Positions 20,396 to 29,668 of a stretch of DNA of 64,000 nt are shown here, piece by piece. The position numbers and the translations under genes were made by a program. This DNA is from Obrimoposthia wandeli. Lineage: Eukaryota. The notes beneath the pieces are model-generated. The model was given only the letters and a program-made list of their open reading frames with translations, did no database searches and was not told where the DNA came from. The stretch spans positions 1 through 64,000 of the forward strand of contig CDROCS010005249.1 in the NCBI GenBank assembly GCA_977020255.1, in the 5' to 3' direction. The stretch's first letter is position 1; every line of letters starts with the position of its first letter.

Positions 20396-22063
20396 CTATT
20401 GAATATCCTGCAACACACTCAAAATAGCTTTTACTCCACTGGTCCTTGATGGGCTTAAAAAAGGTAGAAGCTTTACTTGAGTTAGAAACAAATGTGCATC
20501 CAGAATGGCTGCATCTTTACAACTTAGCAGCATGACAATTAGGCCGCGCATAATTCTTGCATCTGACCAAGCAGCGTAGCGTTTTTCGCCAGTTGTCTGA
20601 GATATGATACATTGCAACCAAACACCCGACTCACACCCCGCTAGCCTATTATCAACGATTATAAGGCCTTGATTAGGTGTTGGTAATAAATCACCTAGCT
20701 TTAATAAATAACTAAAGCGCTGTTGCCATGAAGTTGCAGCACTTAGGCTTTCAATGACTGTTATTGCCTCGGGTAAATGAATGGTATCGTTTTCAAGCGC
20801 CACTTTTTGATCAAGCGCTATAGAGGGATTCTGTGTTCCACTGAGCATTTCAATTGCTTGCTGCAAAGCCTCTAAAAAATACATAATTTCTTGTTCTGTA
20901 TTATAAAAGCTAACAGAGGCTCTTAAAGTACCCTCTATATTGAGAGATTGCATTAATGGCATAGCACAATGATGACCACTTCTCACCGCAATACCGCTTT
21001 GATCAAGTATTAAGGCTAAATCTTGATGATGTACACCATCAACATAAAAAGAGACAATACCTACATTGTTTGTTTGCGGTGAGATACAAGTAACTTGCTC
21101 AATATTAGCGCAACCTTGGCTAAGTAATAGCATTAAACGCTGTTCATACGCCGCGAGTTGCTGTTTGTTTTGGGAGCTTAAATAAGTTAATGCCGCTCCT
21201 AAGGCAATAGCATCAGCAATAGGCGGTGTACCTGCTTCAAATTTGAAAGGCAATTTGTTAAACGTCGTACCCGTAAAGCTCACCTTATCAATCATTTCAC
21301 CGCCACCTTGCCAGGGAGGCATTTTCTCTAAAAGGGCGCTCTTACCCCAAAGTACCCCAATACCCGTTGGCCCATAACATTTATGGCCCGAAAAACAATA
21401 GAAATCACAGCCTAAGTGTTGCACATCGACCGTGAGGTGGGCGATAGCTTGCGCACCATCAATTAAAGTTATGGCGCCTATTTTTTTTGCTTTAGCAATC
21501 ATCTCTTGTATTGGATGAATAGTGCCAAGTGCGTTAGATACATGACCTAAAGCAACAATTTTTGGTTTATGTGATTCAAGTAAAGCTTGATATGCCTGTT
21601 GATCAATATGCTGCTCACACGTCAGTGGAATAGAAATGACTTGCGCCTTATTGCGTTGAGCGAGTAATTGCCAAGGCACTATATTTGCATGGTGCTCACT
21701 GACACTCACTAATATAGTATCACCCTCATTTACTATTAAAGAGCCTAAGCTATTAGCGACTAAATTAATTGCTTCGGTAGTGCCTTTGCACCAAATAATT
21801 TCTTGTGTATTAGGCGCATTAATAAAGCCTGCTACGGTTAATCTTGCCTGTTCAAATGCAGTAGTAGCGGCATTAGACAAACTGTGTGAGCCACGATGAA
21901 CATTTGCATTAGCCAATTTATAAAATTGGTTTAATTTATCAAGTACCGCTCTTGGCTTTTGAGTAGTTGCGGCATTATCAAAATAAATCAAAGGCTTAGC
22001 ATTAACTCTTAAAGAAAGAATAGGGAAATCTCGGCGCGCTTTTGCAAAGTTGAATTCAGTCAT
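20396..22063 (-). CDS. csdA: Cysteine desulfurase CsdA/SufS fused to a C-terminal CsdE/SufE sulfur-acceptor domain
   Basis: YFDNAATTQKP, FSGHK (PLP lysine), RSGHHCA catalytic Cys; C-terminal GCESGVWL, SDARIMRGL, LSPSR SufE motifs. Confidence 0.92.
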   Translation of the reverse strand: MTEFNFAKARRDFPILSLRVNAKPLIYFDNAATTQKPRAVLDKLNQFYKLANANVHRGSHSLSNAATTAFEQARLTVAGFINAPNTQEIIWCKGTTEAINLVANSLGSLIVNEGDTILVSVSEHHANIVPWQLLAQRNKAQVISIPLTCEQHIDQQAYQALLESHKPKIVALGHVSNALGTIHPIQEMIAKAKKIGAITLIDGAQAIAHLTVDVQHLGCDFYCFSGHKCYGPTGIGVLWGKSALLEKMPPWQGGGEMIDKVSFTGTTFNKLPFKFEAGTPPIADAIALGAALTYLSSQNKQQLAAYEQRLMLLLSQGCANIEQVTCISPQTNNVGIVSFYVDGVHHQDLALILDQSGIAVRSGHHCAMPLMQSLNIEGTLRASVSFYNTEQEIMYFLEALQQAIEMLSGTQNPSIALDQKVALENDTIHLPEAITVIESLSAATSWQQRFSYLLKLGDLLPTPNQGLIIVDNRLAGCESGVWLQCIISQTTGEKRYAAWSDARIMRGLIVMLLSCKDAAILDAHLFLTQVKLLPFLSPSRTSGVKAILSVLQDIQ

Positions 22064-22208
22064 AGGGTTGTTGTCTTTATAAGAAATGTTTGGCGAAGCT
22101 TAAATCGTTAAACACAGTAGGTTGGATATTTAAGGGTTTATTGTTACTAAGTTTAAAAGCTCTCTTCGCAAACCATTGTTTCGCAAAGAGAGTATCTTCA
22201 TAACGTAT

Positions 22209-22625
22209 TTATTTACGATCAGGATGGCGGCTATATTGTCCAGCCCAGCGCGCAAACATCATCGCGCTTATGAACAATACAACAATAATTAATGAATTAA
22301 AGGTACCATACCATCTAGAAACAACCACGGTGGTAGCCTCAAGAACAGCCTCGTTAAAATAGAGAATCAACAAAAAGCATAGCCAAGCGTGTCCTCTTGG
22401 GTTTCCTGTTTGTATCACTTTAATAAAAGCGGCTAGCGGTAAAAAATGTAGTAACCATATAACCCAAGGGTGGGCAGTATTGACAGGGTGTATGATTAAG
22501 TACCATGCACTTAAACTGGTAATTAAAATAAAATAACAAGCGACTGATAAGTATCTACATATTTTAATTCTAGGTAGTAAAAAGCTAACGGGCGGTAAAA
22601 TTTTTGTTTTCAAACTCATATTCAA
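22209..22625 (-). CDS. DUF2069-family membrane protein
   Basis: Four TM segments, AW..F..L.YF motif; follows wrbA as in the conserved arsC-wrbA-DUF2069 block. Confidence 0.75.
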   Translation of the reverse strand: MNMSLKTKILPPVSFLLPRIKICRYLSVACYFILITSLSAWYLIIHPVNTAHPWVIWLLHFLPLAAFIKVIQTGNPRGHAWLCFLLILYFNEAVLEATTVVVSRWYGTFNSLIIVVLFISAMMFARWAGQYSRHPDRK

Positions 22626-22717
22626 AACTGCTCTATTTGAAGTTCAAAGGGTTTTAGTGCTATAGACAAAGCTATTGCACTGGATATTGGTATTGATAAT
22701 CATCTCTTGAACAGTGC

Positions 22718-23323
22718 CTATGGCTTTAACTTCAAACTAAGCTGGGCAATACGTTTGCCTTGAATTTTACATAAATCTATTTCATTATCATCCAGCAAGT
22801 TATCACTGTCTTTACCTGCTAAATGCGTGGCACCGTAAGGTGTACCACCAGTGGTTGTATCGAGCAATTGGGTTGCACTATAAGGAAGGCCTGCCAATAA
22901 CATGCCGTGATGCAGAAGAGGAAGCATCATAGTTAATAAAGTGCTTTCTTGCCCGCCGTGTAAGCTAGAGCTTGAGCTAAATACGGCAGCAGGCTTACCT
23001 ATTAAACCACCTGACATCCATGTGCTAGAGCTTGAATCAATAAAATGTTTCATAGCACCAGCCATATTGCCAAAGTGCGTAGGGCTACCTAATATTAGCC
23101 CTGAACAATTCGCAAGTTCTTGTTGGCTACAATAGACGGCACCTTCACTGGGTACTTTAGGTTGAGTTGCTTCACAGGTAGTAGATATTTCAGGCACTGT
23201 TCGCACTAGTGCTTTAACACCTGCTAGTTCAACACCCAAAGCGATATGCTTTGCCATTTGGGCTGTGCCACCGTGCTTGGAGTAATACAGCACGAGTACG
23301 TAATCAGCATTTGAGTCAGTCAT
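22718..23323 (-). CDS. wrbA: NAD(P)H:quinone oxidoreductase WrbA
   Basis: YYSKHGGT, GSPTHFGNMA, HGGQESTL, GGTPYGA flavodoxin-fold motifs. Confidence 0.93.
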   Translation of the reverse strand: MTDSNADYVLVLYYSKHGGTAQMAKHIALGVELAGVKALVRTVPEISTTCEATQPKVPSEGAVYCSQQELANCSGLILGSPTHFGNMAGAMKHFIDSSSSTWMSGGLIGKPAAVFSSSSSLHGGQESTLLTMMLPLLHHGMLLAGLPYSATQLLDTTTGGTPYGATHLAGKDSDNLLDDNEIDLCKIQGKRIAQLSLKLKP

Positions 23324-23332
23324 TTACACTCT

Positions 23333-23680
23333 CTATAAAATTTCAAGTACAGATTCAGGGGGGCGGCCAATACGTGCTTGATCACCTTTAACAACAATAG
23401 GGCGTTCAATCAATTTCGGGGAAGCGATCATTGCAGCAATAATAGTCTCTTCGCTCGAATCTTTATTTAAATTATGCTCTTTATATTCCGCTTCACTAGT
23501 ACGCAATAATTGGTGAGCGTCAATTTTTAAAAACTGTAAAATAGCCTTTATTTTATCGCTAGTAGGTGCTTGTTTCAGGTACTCTATAACAATAGGGTCT
23601 ATGCCTTGCGCTTTAACTAGCTCAAGGGTTTGTCTGGATTTTGAACAACGCGGATTATGATATATTTCTACTTGGCTCAC
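23333..23680 (-). CDS. arsC: ArsC/YfgD-family reductase
   Basis: IYHNPRCSKSR and LIERPIV...RIGRPPE motifs. Confidence 0.88.
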   Translation of the reverse strand: MSQVEIYHNPRCSKSRQTLELVKAQGIDPIVIEYLKQAPTSDKIKAILQFLKIDAHQLLRTSEAEYKEHNLNKDSSEETIIAAMIASPKLIERPIVVKGDQARIGRPPESVLEIL

Positions 23681-23941
23681 AATAAAATCTCAACTAATGG
23701 CAATTTAAGTGCGTATTGTACCTTGGAATACTTTTAGGGCAATCTAAAACTTACTTGCACTCTAGACTTGAAGAATATGTTATTAGATTGCCAATGCATC
23801 ATCAAAAACTGTGATTAGAACAGCGTTCACTTAACCCTATGTTGCTTTACTTTCACAGGTTAGGTATTTAACCTTAACGATTTAAATCATCAATTATCCT
23901 CTTTGGTACAAAGAAAAGAGCGCAAGGAAAAGCAAGTCATA

Positions 23942-25219
23942 ATGAAAAAATGGCATTTTAAAGAAAGCTTTGATTTTATTACCACATTATTGAAACAGTT
24001 TTTGCGTAACGGTGGGGTAGTGAATGCCTCGGCTTTAACTTACACCACATTATTTGCGGTGGTTCCCTTAATGACAGTAAGTTACTCAGTGTTGGCAATG
24101 ATCCCTTCATTTCAAGGCGTTGGGGAGTCTGTTCAAAGCTGGGTGTTTTCAAACTTTGTACCAGCAACCGGTGAAGTGGTACAAAACTATCTAGCAGACT
24201 TTACATCGCAAGCGAGACGATTAACTGCAGTAGGTGCTATTTTTCTATTTGTCACCTCTGTCATGATGATGAAAAATATAGAAGCTGCATTTAATCGCAT
24301 TTGGCGGGTTAAGCACTCACGTAAAGGGATGTCTAGTTTCTTATTGTATTGGGCTATTTTAAGTTTGGGGCCTATTCTTATCGGTGTCGGCTTATTGGTT
24401 ACATCTTATATAGCATCGCTTTCAATTATTTCTGAAGCAACTGAGATGGTAGGCAAAGGAAACTTACTTTCTCTTTTGCCGCTGTTCTTATCTATAGCAG
24501 CGTTTAGTTTGTTGTATTCAGCAGTTCCTAACTGCTCGGTTCCTTTTAAAAACGCCTTAATAGGAGCAGTGGTTGTCGCCTGTTTATTTGAGGTCGCAAA
24601 GAGAGCCTTTGCATTTTTTGCCGTGCAATTTCCATCATACGAACTGATTTATGGCGCATTTGCGGCGGTTCCATTGTTTCTAGCATGGATCTTTATTACT
24701 TGGACAATTATATTACTGGGTGCTGAGCTAACTAAACTACTCACTGTATATAACAGTACCGCATCTGGTGGATTTCAATCACATTTGCATACCATTTTAG
24801 GGGTGCTAAAGAAATTACGCATCGCACAACTGGATGGGAAAACTTTATCGGATGATAAACTAATCCGCTCTGTTATCGGCCTAAACCAACATAGATGGGA
24901 TGAGTATCAACAATTATTATTAGATAACGCCATTATATGCCGCTCTGATCAAGGAGAATACCTACTTGCCCGAGCACTTGATGATTTATCGGTAAATCAA
25001 TTAAATGATTTGTTGCCCTGGCCAATACCTGAGCCAAAAGCTAAGCATAAATCGACACCAAATATAGACGCTAACCCAGACACTGCTGATTGGATTGCCT
25101 CACTAGATGCCAAGCTTTGTTTGGTAAAAACACAGCAGGGGCAAATACTGGATGTTTCAGTTGAAGCGCTACTTAGCAGCAGTGAATCTGTGTCTAAAAA
25201 AGTACCAGCAAAGCAATAA
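23942..25219 (+). CDS. YihY/BrkB-family inner membrane protein with C-terminal extension
   Basis: ASALTYTTLFAVVP, IEAAFNRIW, YWAILSLGP, YGAFAAVPLFL motifs; ORF track start 23903 (TTG). Confidence 0.9.
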   Translation: MKKWHFKESFDFITTLLKQFLRNGGVVNASALTYTTLFAVVPLMTVSYSVLAMIPSFQGVGESVQSWVFSNFVPATGEVVQNYLADFTSQARRLTAVGAIFLFVTSVMMMKNIEAAFNRIWRVKHSRKGMSSFLLYWAILSLGPILIGVGLLVTSYIASLSIISEATEMVGKGNLLSLLPLFLSIAAFSLLYSAVPNCSVPFKNALIGAVVVACLFEVAKRAFAFFAVQFPSYELIYGAFAAVPLFLAWIFITWTIILLGAELTKLLTVYNSTASGGFQSHLHTILGVLKKLRIAQLDGKTLSDDKLIRSVIGLNQHRWDEYQQLLLDNAIICRSDQGEYLLARALDDLSVNQLNDLLPWPIPEPKAKHKSTPNIDANPDTADWIASLDAKLCLVKTQQGQILDVSVEALLSSSESVSKKVPAKQ

Positions 25220-25345
25220 ATCCAACGCTAAAAAAAGTGGTAATGTGAGCATTTATTGAGTTATTTGCAAGAAAATAAAATACAGCCCACGAGCGAGAGT
25301 TCAAGCTACAATCAACTTCACTTTGTGAGGTGAAAATTTACCCTG

Positions 25346-25372
25346 GATGATTTATGCTACGCCTAATTCATC
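25346..25372 (+). repeat. 27-bp REP-like palindrome, copy 2
   Basis: GATGATTTATGCTACGCCTAATTCATC preceded by TTACCCTG; 17 bp upstream of the likely ATG at 25390. Confidence 0.8.
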
Positions 25373-25389
25373 GCTATTTAGGAGAAGAA

Positions 25390-27300
25390 ATGTCTAATAT
25401 ATATGTTCAAAGTTTAGTTTCATACCCACTTAAATCGGGTGCGGGTATTAGTTACGATTTAATCGAGGTTTTGAACGAGGGCATGTTAGGTGATAGACAA
25501 TTCATGCTGGCTAAAATGGACGGTACATTTGTCACTGGTCGCACACATCCACGGATAACTGTAATAAAATGTATGTTCAACGAGGATACACTAGAGCTTA
25601 GTCATCCAGGTGTAGAGTCATTGTCTTTGAGTAAAGATAAATTCTCTTCTCAATATCACAGTACGATTGTTTGGGGAACGAAACTATTAGGCCAAGGGTG
25701 TGGTTATAACGCTGATCAATGGATTAGTGAATTATTGGGTGAACCTTTACGGATCCTCTACTTCGGAGAAAAATCTAAACGTTTAGTTGAAGGCCACCAA
25801 GAACATAAAGTAGGGTTTGCTGATGGCTTTCCTTTGTTGATAGCCAATACTCAATCATTAGAGCATTTAAACTCTCGACTACCTGCACCGGTAAATATGG
25901 CAATATTTCGGCCCAATATAGTCATTAGTGGCGCCCTAGCTTGGGCTGAAGATGAGTGGGCTGAAATAAAAATTGGCGAAGTGATTTTTGCAATGCCTAA
26001 GCCTTGTAGTCGCTGTGTGTTTACAACAGTAGACCCTGCAACATCTACCTTCGATGTTGCCAGCGAGCCGCTTAAAACTTTGACTAGTTACCGACAACAA
26101 AAAGACGACACTAGCAATGTGATTTTTGGAGAAAACATGCTGGTAGTAAAGCCTGGTGTCATTAAAGTGGGTGATAAGGTTGAGATACTAAAAACTAAAA
26201 CTAGACCTGAATATCTTGATAACTGGCTCCCGACTCAAAGTCGATTGGCAAAGTCACTTGCATTGTGTAACGAACCAGCAGAAGCGCCGATTAACGCGCT
26301 GCGCTGCGTACAAATAGATGAAGAAACAGTTGATGTTAAAACCTTTAAATTTAGTATTGATCCTATAGGTCAGGCCGCCTATTACCCTGGCCAATTCATT
26401 ACTATTCACCCAGAGATTGCAGGTATTAAACATAACCGCTGTTATACTTTGTCCTCTAGCCCTTCACGGCCTAACATTGTTAGTATCACGGTAAAAAGAG
26501 TTGAAGAGGGCATTGTGTCTAATTGGTTACATGACTATTTTGCTGTTGGCTCCAGTCTAAAATGCACGCCTGCAAGTGGCGTATTTCATTTAAATGGGGA
26601 AAACCAAAACAAGCTTTTACTGTTATCAGCGGGCTCTGGCGTAACCCCTATGTTATCCATGCTCCGTTTTATTACTGATCTCGAGTTAGCTATCAATATA
26701 CACTTTCATCACAGTGCCAAAACGGTAGCAGATTTAATTTGTATAGAAGAGATAACGTCATTAGCAAAACAGCATAATGGGATAACTTTATCGTTTAACT
26801 ATACCCGAGAAACTTCGAACATTAACGCCCCTCATGCATCTATAGGAAGGTTATCGAGCGAAATATTAGATAACGCATGTCCTGACTTAAAGGATAGGGA
26901 TGTATTTGTTTGCGGCCCAGATGGATTTATGCAAAGCGCGAAGAACATTTGTACCCAACTAGGGTTGCCTGCGGCACAATACGACCAAGAAAGTTTTGAA
27001 ATTAGCCAAAGCGTGCCTGCTGCTGAGCAATCACAACAAAGTTATAAAGTTAAATTTTTACAAACAGGGGTAGAAGTTGAAGTATCTGCGGATCAAACAA
27101 TACTTGATGCTGCAGAGGAGGCGGGTATTTATCCAGATTATAGTTGTTTAGCCGGTATTTGCGGAAGTTGTAACTCGACGTTAATCAACGGTAATATCCA
27201 CGCACCTGATGCGAGGGCATTAGACGCTGAGGACATTACAAACGGTGAATTTTTACCTTGCTGTAGCTATCCTAGGTCAGATTTAGAAGTAGATTTATAG
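25390..27300 (+). CDS. YcbX-like MOSC protein fused to an FAD/NAD(P) ferredoxin-reductase domain and a 2Fe-2S ferredoxin
   Basis: YPLKSG, GDRQFM, FADGFP, FRPNIV, KPCSRC (MOSC); RCYTLSSSP, SAGSGVTPM, VCGP..FM (FNR); SCLAGICGSC...CC (ferredoxin). ATG 25390 has an AGGAG RBS. Confidence 0.92.
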   Translation: MSNIYVQSLVSYPLKSGAGISYDLIEVLNEGMLGDRQFMLAKMDGTFVTGRTHPRITVIKCMFNEDTLELSHPGVESLSLSKDKFSSQYHSTIVWGTKLLGQGCGYNADQWISELLGEPLRILYFGEKSKRLVEGHQEHKVGFADGFPLLIANTQSLEHLNSRLPAPVNMAIFRPNIVISGALAWAEDEWAEIKIGEVIFAMPKPCSRCVFTTVDPATSTFDVASEPLKTLTSYRQQKDDTSNVIFGENMLVVKPGVIKVGDKVEILKTKTRPEYLDNWLPTQSRLAKSLALCNEPAEAPINALRCVQIDEETVDVKTFKFSIDPIGQAAYYPGQFITIHPEIAGIKHNRCYTLSSSPSRPNIVSITVKRVEEGIVSNWLHDYFAVGSSLKCTPASGVFHLNGENQNKLLLLSAGSGVTPMLSMLRFITDLELAINIHFHHSAKTVADLICIEEITSLAKQHNGITLSFNYTRETSNINAPHASIGRLSSEILDNACPDLKDRDVFVCGPDGFMQSAKNICTQLGLPAAQYDQESFEISQSVPAAEQSQQSYKVKFLQTGVEVEVSADQTILDAAEEAGIYPDYSCLAGICGSCNSTLINGNIHAPDARALDAEDITNGEFLPCCSYPRSDLEVDL

Positions 27301-27363
27301 CATCTTTACTAGTTATTAATAAGTAGCCATTAAGAAACAGTCACTAAGATGTAATTACTAAAA

Positions 27364-27402
27364 TGCAGTTCAAAGTAATAAGAAAGTTTACTTTGAGCTG
27401 CA
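27364..27402. terminator. Hairpin between convergent genes
   Basis: TGCAGTTCAAAGTAA / TTACTTTGAGCTGCA stem. Confidence 0.5.
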
Positions 27403-27467
27403 AGTTTTCTGCGCTTTAGATAATAGCAAGAAAGCGACATTCCTAGAGATTTCAACGTACTAGTTAG

Positions 27468-27624
27468 TGCCCATCCAGAAACAGTTGCCTACTGTGGCAG
27501 TCCCACTGGATCAATCTGATCATTACTAGATGTAGTTGTTTGGAATAACCAAACGCCCACATCTAGTAACACCCATCTCGACCCATTGGATCAGCCTCAC
27601 AACGGCCCCGTTTCTAGGTGAGCA
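27468..27624 (-). repeat. 157-bp palindromic element, copy 2
   Basis: Inverted relative to 17979-18134; flanked by a perfect 8-bp direct repeat CTAGTTAG (27460-27467, 27625-27632). Confidence 0.9.
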
Positions 27625-28515
27625 CTAGTTAGCTTGTTTCTTAACCGATTGACTCTTCACTACAAAAATAACCCCTATGATACTCAAAACAGAGCCAATA
27701 ATGGCAAATAGGCCCAGTTTTTCATCAAAGAACAACCACGTTTGAAACACAGCAGCAGGAGGCACTAGGTAAAAATAGCTAGTGACTTTAGCAACTTCCC
27801 CCTCACGTATCATATAAAGCAACAGCAAAATCGCTAATACGGATAACCCAAGCACTAACCAAGCCATGGCTGCAAATAATTCAAAGCTATAAACGACTGT
27901 TTGTTCTTCTAAGCTAAACGTTAAGGCAGCTACAATAACAATACCACCAATGTATTGATAAAAAGATCCTGTTAATAATGGGGTGTCACTGGCCAGTTTC
28001 TTTTGTAATATCGTGCCTAATGAGATACTAAATAGAGCAACTAAACAGGCCACTATACCTAACACATTAATATTACCAACGTCGATTGTCGCACTTTCTA
28101 AAATAACTAAACTGATGCCACTAAAACCTAATGCCATGCCCAATAATTGACGAGAATTAACTTGTTGGTTCAAAAACAGTCGTCCAATAGCCGTGGTAAC
28201 AATCGGTTGCATGCCGACAATAATCGCTGATATCCCTGCAGGAATACCTACCTTAATCGCGAAAAACACACCGCCTAAATAGCCGCCGTGTATTAAAGAG
28301 CCTATCACAATTTGTTGTATGCTTTGTTTCGAGTTTAACCAACTCGACTTATACAGCAGGACTAAAAAGTAGAAAATAACCAACACCAAACTAAAGCGCA
28401 CAAATAGCATGAAAAACGGTTCAATATAAGGCAATCCATATTTAGCACCAATAAATCCAGTACTCCATAACCATACAAAAAGTATCGGGATGGCTTGCGT
28501 TAACTTAAAAGGCAT
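27625..28515 (-). CDS. EamA/DMT-family transporter
   Basis: WSTGFIGAK N-terminus, two EamA repeats, about 10 TM segments. Confidence 0.9.
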   Translation of the reverse strand: MPFKLTQAIPILFVWLWSTGFIGAKYGLPYIEPFFMLFVRFSLVLVIFYFLVLLYKSSWLNSKQSIQQIVIGSLIHGGYLGGVFFAIKVGIPAGISAIIVGMQPIVTTAIGRLFLNQQVNSRQLLGMALGFSGISLVILESATIDVGNINVLGIVACLVALFSISLGTILQKKLASDTPLLTGSFYQYIGGIVIVAALTFSLEEQTVVYSFELFAAMAWLVLGLSVLAILLLLYMIREGEVAKVTSYFYLVPPAAVFQTWLFFDEKLGLFAIIGSVLSIIGVIFVVKSQSVKKQAN

Positions 28516-28551
28516 AGTGATTCCTAATGAGCGCTAATACAAGCTAGCGAC

Positions 28552-29478
28552 TCAAGTAATATTCTGTAATAAAACAGAATTGAAGATGTTGATGAGTGTG
28601 TTGTTTTTTGAACTTTTGTGGTAAATAGCTTGGTATGTATTGGAGTATCCGTATTTCTCTACCAGTAGAGGCTTTAATCTATCAGTCACTCCCCATTGGT
28701 TCACTAGTTGACTGGGTAAGAAACCCAAATAGTGACCGCTGAGAATTAATGACATTCTGGCTTCTTGATGATGCGCTTTACTGACAATTTGCCAATTTTT
28801 CATATCTAGGTGCGGCTCTTGACCCGCTCTTAGCCTCGGAGATTCTACAAACTTATAGGCAGATAAATCAATACAATTCATCACAGAATCGGCTAAATGA
28901 TACAAGGGGTGCTTATTCGAGCAATACAGTAACATTTGCTCTGTAAACAACGGAGCAGATTCTAATTGAGAATAGTTTTGTAACGGTACTGTAATGCCTA
29001 TATCTGCTTTGTTATCACTAATGGCACTAACGATGGTATTTGACTCCATAACACTAATATTAATGTTTACATCGGGCGCTATTTTTAAAAAAGCATCTAT
29101 CGCGTTGACTATGCAATAATGGTTGGCACCTAAAGTATGCTCTGCACAAATAAGGTGTAACTCCCCCAATAACAGCTGATGGGAGTCGTTTATAGTATTT
29201 CTAAATTTTCTTAGTGCATCGAGTAACTCCAAAGAAGCATCATAAACCAATTGACCTTGTTCAGTGATTAAAAAACCTTTACGCCCACGCTCGCACAGCT
29301 TCATATCTAAACGTTTTTCAAGATCAGATAAATAGTTAGAGATAGTTGAGTTAGCCAAATTTAAAGGAATCTCAGCAGCGGTCACGCCTTTTTCATCTAC
29401 GACAGCGACAAATACCCGCAATAATTTAATGTCAATATCTGCCAGCTGACCGCTAAGTGCTACTTTTTTAAATCCCAT
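28552..29478 (-). CDS. LysR-family regulator, divergent from gabD
   Basis: LRVFVAVV...STISNYLSDLEKRL.MKLCERG HTH. Confidence 0.92.
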   Translation of the reverse strand: MGFKKVALSGQLADIDIKLLRVFVAVVDEKGVTAAEIPLNLANSTISNYLSDLEKRLDMKLCERGRKGFLITEQGQLVYDASLELLDALRKFRNTINDSHQLLLGELHLICAEHTLGANHYCIVNAIDAFLKIAPDVNINISVMESNTIVSAISDNKADIGITVPLQNYSQLESAPLFTEQMLLYCSNKHPLYHLADSVMNCIDLSAYKFVESPRLRAGQEPHLDMKNWQIVSKAHHQEARMSLILSGHYLGFLPSQLVNQWGVTDRLKPLLVEKYGYSNTYQAIYHKSSKNNTLINIFNSVLLQNIT

Positions 29479-29668
29479 GCTTACCTCTTAACAATAGTGT
29501 TATCAGCGATACTATTGCATATTCAATTATAAATTTCTAGAAATCCTTATATAACCAATAATAAAATTCATTTATAAAGACAGCCAATCTTCAATCTAGA
29601 ATCAAAACAATTACTTTCGCGAAACACACTTATAAGAGTAAAAGCGAATTAATGGAGCACGATAGATA

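Noticed and set aside
23333-23680. arsC as evidence for an arsenic-resistance operon
   Set aside because: No arsR, arsB or acr3 nearby; the context is the housekeeping arsC-wrbA-DUF2069 block.
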